Part shown: piece by piece, positions 16,589-24,300 of the stretch
Numbering within the stretch: the first letter of the stretch is position 1
Layout of the letters: each line of letters starts with the position of its first letter
Source of the DNA: Bythopirellula sp.
GTDB lineage: Bacteria; Planctomycetota; Planctomycetia; Pirellulales; Lacipirellulaceae
NCBI GenBank assembly: GCA_028285205.1
Contig: JANQQA010000294.1
Coordinates: 2,021-66,020, forward strand
Length of the DNA stretch: 64,000 nucleotides
Reading direction: 5' to 3'
Position numbers and translations under genes: made by a program
Notes under the pieces: model-generated
Database searches by the model: none
What the model was told of the DNA's origin: nothing
The model's input: only the letters and a program-made list of their open reading frames with translations

Positions 16589-16971
16589 ATGCTCGTTTTT
16601 CTAACTGCAATACTGCTCTCAGAACCAGTCGAGGCACCGGTCCCGGCTGTGCTACCCATCGTGCGTCACGACGTGGCCGTAATCGAGGTGAATCATTGGG
16701 GAAGTGGTAGCGTCCAGCATGTCTGGTGGGATACTGCCTACGTCAAGAACGACGACAACGCCTGCCACAGATTGGTACTGGTGAATCGCGAGTATCGAAT
16801 GGGAATGGCGAGTCCAAGCGAAGGCATCACGCAAACGGGGGGGGCTTTGCGGACACGTTCGAGGCGTGCGGGAGGATTATCGTGGTTCGTGCGCCGGTGT
16901 TGTTGATGACTGTTACGGAGCGTGACCCGGAAGCGGCGAACAGGCGGTGGAAGAGATGGATTGTGCCATGA
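16589..16971 (+). CDS. Hypothetical protein with N-terminal signal-like segment; frame broken at a G8 run
   Basis: ORF 16568..16906 (MLVFLTAILLSEPVEA..SPSEGITQTGG) continues plausibly in the frame of ORF 16726..16971 (FADTFEACGRIIVVRAPVLL..). The switch is at GGGGGGGG 16837-16844. The end makes an ATGA overlap with the methyltransferase start. Confidence 0.55.
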
Positions 16972-17735
16972 ATGAAGCCGAGGTGACCAGGCAGAGGATT
17001 CAGTGGTGGAGACGCGCATTCGGCGTGGATGTCACCGACAAAGTTCTGATCGACGTTGGGGCCGGAACGGGACGAACCGCCGTCCACTTCGCCGTGCATT
17101 GCCGCCAAGTTGTGATGATCGACGCCGGTGCGCAAACCCCTCCCGAATCACCCAAACAAAACATTCGCCTGATAAAAGCTGAGGTCGGCAAAGAAACCGC
17201 AGTATTGCGGGATGGGCTGGGCGGCGACAAAGGAGATTTTCTGTTTTGCATCAATGTTCTGGAGCATGTTGCACCGGAATGTATTGGCCAGTTTCTGCAA
17301 GAATGTCGCGACATGATTTCCCCAGGTCACGCTTTCTTTTCGTGGGCACCTGTCTGGAGCAACATTGGGGCACACGTCGGAAACAGGCCAACCAACTGGG
17401 AACATGTTCGTTTCGACGCGGATGGCTGGAATGCATACATGACCGACCAGTGGGGCGAGGCGTTTGCCGAGTCATGGCGGGAGCATGAATGGAGGCCGGG
17501 GCTGAGCAGACGAGAGTGGTTCGGCACCGAGTATCACATGTCGTGTCGCATGCTGTCCCGTGCAATGCACAGCGTCGGGTTTGAGATACTGCACCACAAC
17601 GTCACGATCGCAAGGGAAAACGATTTCTACAAGCTCCAAAGTGAAGATCGCAAATTTGAGCTACTGACGAGATATTCTCTGGCGAGTCCGATTGACTTCA
17701 CGTGTGCGAGTGAAGTGTTCTTCTTGAAGGGATGA
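16968..17735 (+). CDS. Class I SAM-dependent methyltransferase
   Basis: Motif I VLIDVGAGTGRT and post-I VVMIDA. Start at the internal ATG with an ATGA overlap. Confidence 0.8.
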   Translation: MNEAEVTRQRIQWWRRAFGVDVTDKVLIDVGAGTGRTAVHFAVHCRQVVMIDAGAQTPPESPKQNIRLIKAEVGKETAVLRDGLGGDKGDFLFCINVLEHVAPECIGQFLQECRDMISPGHAFFSWAPVWSNIGAHVGNRPTNWEHVRFDADGWNAYMTDQWGEAFAESWREHEWRPGLSRREWFGTEYHMSCRMLSRAMHSVGFEILHHNVTIARENDFYKLQSEDRKFELLTRYSLASPIDFTCASEVFFLKG

Positions 17736-17736
17736 C

Positions 17737-18921
17737 ATGCTGGTCGCGTCACAAGAGGATTTGGGTGTTTATCCCGAAAACTGCGAACAAGCAGACGTGC
17801 TGATTGTCGCCACCAATGCCGAAGCGCCAAGTTGGTTTGAGGTTCGGGGCGTGCGTGTGGCCGAGCATCTCGTGGAGCAGGGTACATCGGCTGCGGCAGT
17901 CTCGATGCCGAAGATCACGGAGCGCAACGTCTCGCGCATGGTCTCTGAATTAAAGCCCCGGCTTGTCCTCAATCGCGCCATGCTGATCCATAGCGACACC
18001 GTTGTGCACGTCGCCGCCGCCAACCCCGACGTTAAGTTTGCGACCGTATGCCACAGTAGCGTGGGCGATCTGGGGCGGTCGCCGTTTTGGATGGCAGAAA
18101 CCAGCCGCACGCTGTCAGCCGCCGCCGTGATGCCGAACATCTACTTTGCCCACGTCGATGAACAGAATCCGTTTGCGGCACTGTTTGGAGACAAGAGTGT
18201 CTGGCTGCCTAACATCGTAGCCAGGCCACTGATGACGACTGTCCGCAAGCGGCACGACCCGCCGACAGTTTCCATCGTCTGCGGCAACCGACCCCTCAAG
18301 AACATCTCCACCCAACTGCTTGCAGTAGCCGTCGCAAACCAGACGACGCCCCTGCGATGCATAGTGTCCCTGTCCGGAGACGAACCGCAATGGCTCCAGC
18401 CGTTCTGCCGCAGCTTACAGTTGTCCTATGAATTTCGGCCGTGGTCCACGTGGCTGGAGTTTACGCGCATGCTGGCGATGGACGTGGATGTCGGTTTGCA
18501 GGCTTCTTACACAGAATCTTTTAATTTCGTAGCGCTGGAGCACCTGCTCTGCGGTAAGCCGGTCGTTGGCAGCCCAGCCATTCGTTACCTCCCTCCGCAA
18601 TGGCAGGCCGACCCCAACGACGTCGGAGACTTGGCGGCCCACATCATTGACCGACTCAATAATTGGGACCGAGATTGCCAGGCGGCGATGAACACGGCCG
18701 AGTCTGTTTGCGTTTACTCCAACCGTCAGGCTACCGAACGCATTCAGGAACTGCTTGACCGTCCGCTGCGCGATGCAGACATGCGGTTTCGGGTGAACGA
18801 ATACTTCCGCCGCACTGAAGCGGATGAAGCGTGGATGGGCGACGACGTCGGGTTGGAGATCAACGCAGCGACGTATGCCCCTCCACCTAAACGAAAGCTA
18901 TCGACGATTTACAGGACGTGA
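17737..18921 (+). CDS. GT-B fold glycosyltransferase (GT4-like)
   Basis: 394 aa. ESFNFVALEHLLCGKPVVGS resembles the E-x7-E region of GT1/GT4 enzymes. Confidence 0.75.
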   Translation: MLVASQEDLGVYPENCEQADVLIVATNAEAPSWFEVRGVRVAEHLVEQGTSAAAVSMPKITERNVSRMVSELKPRLVLNRAMLIHSDTVVHVAAANPDVKFATVCHSSVGDLGRSPFWMAETSRTLSAAAVMPNIYFAHVDEQNPFAALFGDKSVWLPNIVARPLMTTVRKRHDPPTVSIVCGNRPLKNISTQLLAVAVANQTTPLRCIVSLSGDEPQWLQPFCRSLQLSYEFRPWSTWLEFTRMLAMDVDVGLQASYTESFNFVALEHLLCGKPVVGSPAIRYLPPQWQADPNDVGDLAAHIIDRLNNWDRDCQAAMNTAESVCVYSNRQATERIQELLDRPLRDADMRFRVNEYFRRTEADEAWMGDDVGLEINAATYAPPPKRKLSTIYRT

Positions 18922-18945
18922 ACACACCTTACTAGGAGTCCGATA

Positions 18946-19425
18946 ATGGCAGGGCGGTTTTATACAATTCCGATCGAAAGCACAGCCGCAACTGCGGCAG
19001 TCGATTTGTGGGAATTGCTGGCTCCCAATGATATGTCATTTGCTCTGCATTACGCCGAGTTGACTCAATCCACGGAAGCGGGGGATGCCCAGGACGAGCA
19101 GTTGTACGCCACCATTCGATACGTCACTGGGTCACCATCGTCCGGGTCTGGAGGGTCATCAGTGACGCCAGTTGCATTAAACCCCGGTAGCGTGGCGTCG
19201 TCTATTACGTCGGAAGTGATGAACACCACCCAGTTGTCGGGAGGAACGAATACAGTTTTATTCCCCATCTCGTTCAACGTGCGGGCTGGGTTTCAGTTTT
19301 TTCCGCCTCCGCTCCTCATTCCGATATTCTCACCCTCGACGCGGTGCCTGATCGAACTGGAATCGGCACCGGCCGACAGCATCACATTCAACGGTTATGC
19401 CGTTGTAGAGGAGATTGGAGGCTGA
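18946..19425 (+). CDS. Hypothetical protein with Ser/Gly/Thr-rich centre, probably virion-associated
   Basis: 159 aa with GSPSSGSGGSSVTPVALNPGSVASSITSEV. Directly precedes the tail-fibre-like gene. Confidence 0.75.
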   Translation: MAGRFYTIPIESTAATAAVDLWELLAPNDMSFALHYAELTQSTEAGDAQDEQLYATIRYVTGSPSSGSGGSSVTPVALNPGSVASSITSEVMNTTQLSGGTNTVLFPISFNVRAGFQFFPPPLLIPIFSPSTRCLIELESAPADSITFNGYAVVEEIGG

Positions 19426-19426
19426 C

Positions 19427-20050
19427 ATGTACGCGCACGGCATTGCAACATTCCGCCCCCAAGAGCACCGTTCTTACCGCAGAAGGCGAAAAACGGTGCA
19501 CCGAGCGCCGTTGTCGAGCATCCCAGCACGCACCTGCCCTCCCGGCCAACCGACGTCGCCGTTTGCCGATGGGTTTGTTCCGCTTCCGCGCATTGCAGGG
19601 AGGGTTGACTTCACGCCGCAGGGAGTCAATCAGTTTGCGCAGCGCGTAATGCGATTCACAAATCTATTTGTTGGCAAAGCAATCAAGGTTTCGCCGCAAA
19701 CCGGCACGGTAGAGCACGTGCTGTCTGACAATGTTGGCGATGGGAGCGGGCTGACGGGAGTTGGAGGGGGTGGACTTACAATCGTCAACGCTAGTTCCAA
19801 CTATACCGCATCAGCAGGTGAATTGGTCGTCGCAACAGCCAGCAATCTTGTGATAAGTCTGCCCGCTTCCCCATCTGTGGGCGATCGCGTAGGAGTAAAA
19901 AACACGCAGGGTGTGCCTTACACATCGGTCAACAGAAATGGGAATACGATCGATGGATCGGCAAGCGATGACAATTTTGGAGCCGATACCCAGTATGGAG
20001 AATACAAGTTCCGGGGAAGTGGTGACTGGATAAAAATAGCGTCAGCGTGA
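19427..20050 (+). CDS. Tail-fibre-like protein
   Basis: ATG 19427 with GGAGG upstream. Gly-rich beta-type sequence: GDGSGLTGVGGGGLTIVNASSNYTASAGELVV.. Confidence 0.65.
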   Translation: MYAHGIATFRPQEHRSYRRRRKTVHRAPLSSIPARTCPPGQPTSPFADGFVPLPRIAGRVDFTPQGVNQFAQRVMRFTNLFVGKAIKVSPQTGTVEHVLSDNVGDGSGLTGVGGGGLTIVNASSNYTASAGELVVATASNLVISLPASPSVGDRVGVKNTQGVPYTSVNRNGNTIDGSASDDNFGADTQYGEYKFRGSGDWIKIASA

Positions 20051-20272
20051 GTAAGGGACAACCCACTTGAACCCACAACCTCGACATTCCCAGACGTTTC
20101 CACCATGACCCAAACGCCCCACAACATCGGTATCGCCACAGCGATGGCACGACCGGATAAGAGTTTCACCGTTAATATCGCGATGAATGACATACACCCA
20201 GGCTTCGTGACACACAATGACGGCGGCAGCACACAAAGCGGCAATTACAACCCATTTTCCTGCTCTCGCCAT
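20042..20272 (-). CDS. Membrane-anchored zinc-ribbon protein
   Basis: Internal ATG of ORF 20042..20395 (MARAGKWVVIAALCAAAVIVC..CHRCG..CRGCG). Confidence 0.55.
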   Translation of the reverse strand: MARAGKWVVIAALCAAAVIVCHEAWVYVIHRDINGETLIRSCHRCGDTDVVGRLGHGGNVWECRGCGFKWVVPYSR

Positions 20273-20323
20273 ACAGCACCTCCAGCGTCGATTTGCCCAA
20301 TCAACACACTGTAAGACCGTCCA

Positions 20324-20611
20324 ATGCATGAAACCATGTCCACAACCGATTGTCAACAGCTTGCGGAGTTCGACGCCCAGCCTCTGGCCGCGCAACTGCT
20401 AGACATCGCCCACATGGTGCACAACGAAAAATCCCGTGAGGTGTTGCTGGAGGAAGTGGGAAACGCGACGCCGGACGCTCTGGAGCGGGGACTCAACCGC
20501 ATCGCGTTCTCGCTGAGATTCGAGCAATGGTCGCGAGATCATCTGGGCCAAGCGGTGATGGCCATGATCGAGGAATGGGACTACTCGCGGATTTGCAAGG
20601 CAATGTATTAA
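20324..20611 (+). CDS. Hypothetical protein
   Basis: 95-aa ORF followed by a terminator-like hairpin and T-run. Confidence 0.65.
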   Translation: MHETMSTTDCQQLAEFDAQPLAAQLLDIAHMVHNEKSREVLLEEVGNATPDALERGLNRIAFSLRFEQWSRDHLGQAVMAMIEEWDYSRICKAMY

Positions 20612-20616
20612 ATGGA

Positions 20617-20656
20617 CCCACAAGATGCCTACATTTTGTTGGGCGGGTTTTTTCTT
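20617..20656 (+). terminator. Probable intrinsic terminator
   Basis: Imperfect stem CCCACAA..TTGTTGGG, then CGGGTTTTTT. Confidence 0.45.
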
Positions 20657-20821
20657 GTTGAACGAGAACTACCATGAACGGCAAGACCGTAGACATCAAG
20701 AACATGCAGCAGATAGTGACCGTACCACTTGGGGGAAACCGAACGCTCGATCGTCCATCCACCACATGCGTGACGGTGATGGGAACTCGCGCGATAGCGC
20801 AGCCAGTCGTTGCCGATTCGG

Positions 20822-21190
20822 CTATTTCAGCTTCGCTGCAATGTCCTGGATTAGCAATTCCCTATCAATGCAATTCACCGCGCCAGAATCCAGATTGTAG
20901 TCAATCCCCACCTGTTGAAAGGTGATTGCCGAAAGAAATCGGTGTAGCTGTTTCATGTCCTGGAACACTTGGCAATGCTCACCAAACCCATGCTTTGCTC
21001 GATATGCGTCGGCTTGATCTTTGGTTTGAAACAACAGCAAAGTACGAGTGCCATCTTGTTCGACCAGAGTGGAGAGCCTGGTTGCTTTGGTAAATGCCAG
21101 CTGTCCTGTCGTGGCATCTTCGATGGCGTTTTCGACCAACATGAAACAAGGCACGCTAACCGAGAAAGGGAATTCAAAACTGCTTGGCAT
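20822..21190 (-). CDS. Hypothetical protein
   Basis: ATG 21190 with GGAG 9 nt upstream (MPSSFEFPFSVSVPCFMLVENA..). Sits just downstream of the virion-operon terminator. Confidence 0.7.
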   Translation of the reverse strand: MPSSFEFPFSVSVPCFMLVENAIEDATTGQLAFTKATRLSTLVEQDGTRTLLLFQTKDQADAYRAKHGFGEHCQVFQDMKQLHRFLSAITFQQVGIDYNLDSGAVNCIDRELLIQDIAAKLK

Positions 21191-21202
21191 TATCAATTCT
21201 CC

Positions 21203-21251
21203 AAAACAAAAACCCGCTCCGGTTCGCTGTCCAGACGATCCGTAGAGCGGG
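21203..21251 (-). terminator. Terminator of the virion operon
   Basis: On the minus strand: CCCGCTC..GAGCGGG (21251-21213) followed by TTTTTGTTTT. Confidence 0.6.
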
Positions 21252-21386
21252 CTTAATGCCTTGCGGCATGTATTCAGGTTGTCAGTGGTGATCGTCTGGA
21301 CGGAAACAGCCTACCGCCATTCGATCAGGTGTTCAACGGGCGATTGCCCAATTATTTCCCCTCCTTTTTCCCAAAGCAGATGCTAC

Positions 21387-24300
21387 CTATTGAATCCGCT
21401 CCAGCAACCGTTTCCTGCGTTCTTTGTAGGTGTCCACGGTCGTCTTGTACTTCCTAACGCCGAACGGCATCTTCTTCAAGTCGGACTTCGCCCCCTTCTT
21501 TCGCCTCCGTTCGTTTAGATCTGACAGCATGTGCTGTTCAAGTTGCTTGACTGCATCGTCGGGTTTCAGGTCGAGAGACTTGACGAAATCGGCGGACTTC
21601 ATCGCCTGCTTTTCAGAGTTCTCGGTCGAGCCGGGGCCGGAGGCGGAATAGAGTTCTTTGCCGATAGTGGTTTTGTGCAACTCTGCTGCCGCCTCACCAG
21701 TATCAATATCTGTTTTGCCTGCAAGCACGTGCTGCTTGGCAAGCTTCCGAGACGCCGACAAGGTATCCTCAATCAGCTTGACGTCACGTTCTGTCGGCCT
21801 GTCCGCATTGAGATTCAACAGCAACAACCGCTTCTTGGCGATCTGGCCGGACAACCGCAGATATTCGCCGTATTCATCTTCGGACAGATGTTTTTTCTTG
21901 CCGTTGACGGTGAAGAACTTGGCGGGCAAAGAGGGGTTCTTTTCGTCGTCTGGATGCAGCATGTTCCACCGCATCAACACGCGGTCCCCGATGAACGGTT
22001 CAGCCGTTTTGGTTTGTGTGGGCGCGACCATCCGAAACACAAAATCGGTCATTGGCACAGGGGACGTGTTTCGCTTCAGCGTTTCACCCCATACGTCGTA
22101 CTTGGGGACATCTTGAAGCACGCCGAACAATTGCGGAATCTCTGTCTTTTGCGCCGCCCGCTTGGCCGCTACCCGCAGGAATTCAGAATCGGCTTGACCC
22201 CACACGCGACGTTCGGGCAAAGTGTCGGTCGTGTTCTTGACGCCATGCCTCACGATATTGGGAACCCACGATGCAGAAAAGTTGGACGCCCATTTCGCAC
22301 CACCCTCGATAACGCCGTACTCTCCAATCTTCGCAATGTCGCCCAGCCCCTTGAGGTATGACTTGTTTGACAGAATCCGATACGACGACTCAAGCGGGTC
22401 ACTCACCATGCGTCGTGGGCTGCCGCTCTTGAGTGCGTTCATTATGTCAATCGTTAGCGATAATCCTGTTGCGAACGGTTCGATGCGGGAGTAACTGTAC
22501 CACTGGTCGCCGAGCTTGATTGACTGCGGCGGGGCAACACGAGATCGCACACTGTCGTATTGTTTCTCGCCCTTTGCCCCGGTAATCCACGGGTCATCGT
22601 CATCGTTCAGCAACATCAACAACATCAAACCTGACCACGCGAGCAACTGCTGTGCGGAACGTTTTGTGATGCCCTTGTAGTTGCCGGTTTTGCGGGCCTG
22701 CTGCCACTTGCTGGCGAGGTTGAATATTCCCAGCGGACTTGTCGCTAACCCGGTCTCGATGATGTTCAGCGGCGTTTCGGTAAACGGCAGAATCCACCGA
22801 CCGCCAGGAACTTTCTGTTTTGCTCTGGCTGCTTCTTTCAGTTTGCGAGTTGTCGGCGCACCTCTCTGCTGGAACGTCACGCGACGTGCTACTTCCAATG
22901 CCTTTTGCCATGCTTCCGATTCGGTGTCTTCCACCATGTCCTGAATGGCGGCGTTCATCTCTTTCGTGCCGGACTTGATTCCACGCCCGATCGCCAACCG
23001 GCGTGCTTGCGCCCCAACTTCCATGTTCGCAACTAGGGTCTGGGTGAATTCATCCACCAGCATCAGGCGAGTGTACCCCAGCATCCTGACCGCCCGCCCC
23101 ACCTTACCGGGGATGTATTTACGCAGTGACCCAAACTTGCCGGTGACTTCTTCCCCTAACTGATGCTGCAATTGTGGCTGTTCGGTCCTCCATGCGTTCA
23201 GGGCGTTCTTGAGTCCGTTGCGCAAACCGGGGCCGATTCCGCTGACAATGTCCTTAAACTCAGAAAGCGTTGCCGCATCAGACTGTTTGCCCACCTTGTT
23301 GATTAACGACTCCGCAGCACGTTCAGCGAACAGAACATAGGCACCAAACCCGCCCGAACCGGCAATGTCGGCACCCGTTGTTGTCACGGCAGAGAGGATG
23401 GAATTGCGCCAATACTCGTAAGCCATGTTCCCCAACTTGCCTTCAGTCAGGGTCTCGATGTCGTTCATCAACTTCTGGGCACGTACTGGGTCTTCGGCAA
23501 TGGTGTCAATCTGACTGAGATCGTATCCCGACTTTTCCAGCCGGTCCTTTAGTGTGACAAACGCATCCTCCCATTGTTTTCTCAGCTTCTCCAATTCAGA
23601 AGTTGCCGCTTCGATTTCTTTCGTGTTTCCCTCATTGCGAGCTTCTTTGAGGCGGTCATTTGCTGCATCAACCGCCCCGCGATGCCCTTCGGAGCCAGAC
23701 AGCAGGGCATCGCTGATGATTCGTTTGGCCCGGTCTTTCGGAGTCTCCACTGGGTCGCGGGCAGAGCCAAGACGGCGAGCCAGGTCTGAACGTGTCGCCC
23801 GGTGGGCTTCGTGTAATGCTTTGGCGCGGGCGATGTCCGCTTCGTTCAGCGTGTCCGGCTCAAACGCCTGTTGCATCGCACGGTCAACCAACTGCTGGGC
23901 AATCTTCTCTTCCGCACCACCCATTTCTTCAAGGTTCGCATGACGCTCCAGCAGGCGGGCCTCTTCTGCCGCCATGTCGGTTGTCAGTCGCTTCTCTGCT
24001 TCATCTCGCCATTGCTGGTGGGACTGTGCGATGAATTCGCGTTTGCGGTCTTCATCCATCTCGTCAATCATCGCACGAGACATGGACGACGTGCCGGGGT
24101 TTTGCAGGTCGGGCCTACCGACTCCCATTACTTGCAGGGACGTCAGGACGTCTTTCTCGTTATCGCCGAGAGAACCTGTGCGAGTTTGAGCGGCACCGAT
24201 CGAATCGGGGCCAAACCCGCCGCCAAACGGAAACTCGGTGCTTTCGTCAGCCGCATTGGCCGACACCAGCATTCGCTCTACCGCTTGGTCAATCACCCTG

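Noticed and set aside
20625-20925. Plus-strand ORFs 20625..20900 and 20674..20925, after the terminator at ~20.65 kb.
   Set aside because: They overlap the better-supported minus-strand gene 20822..21190 and lack an RBS. 20674..20925 begins plausibly (MNGKTVDIKNMQQIV) but degenerates, so it is left uncalled.
18946-21390. An invertible tail-fibre segment (Gin/Cin-like) or a diversity-generating retroelement near the fibre genes.
   Set aside because: No inverted repeat pair, no alternative fibre C-terminus on the opposite strand, no template/variable repeat pair and no reverse transcriptase is present in the window.
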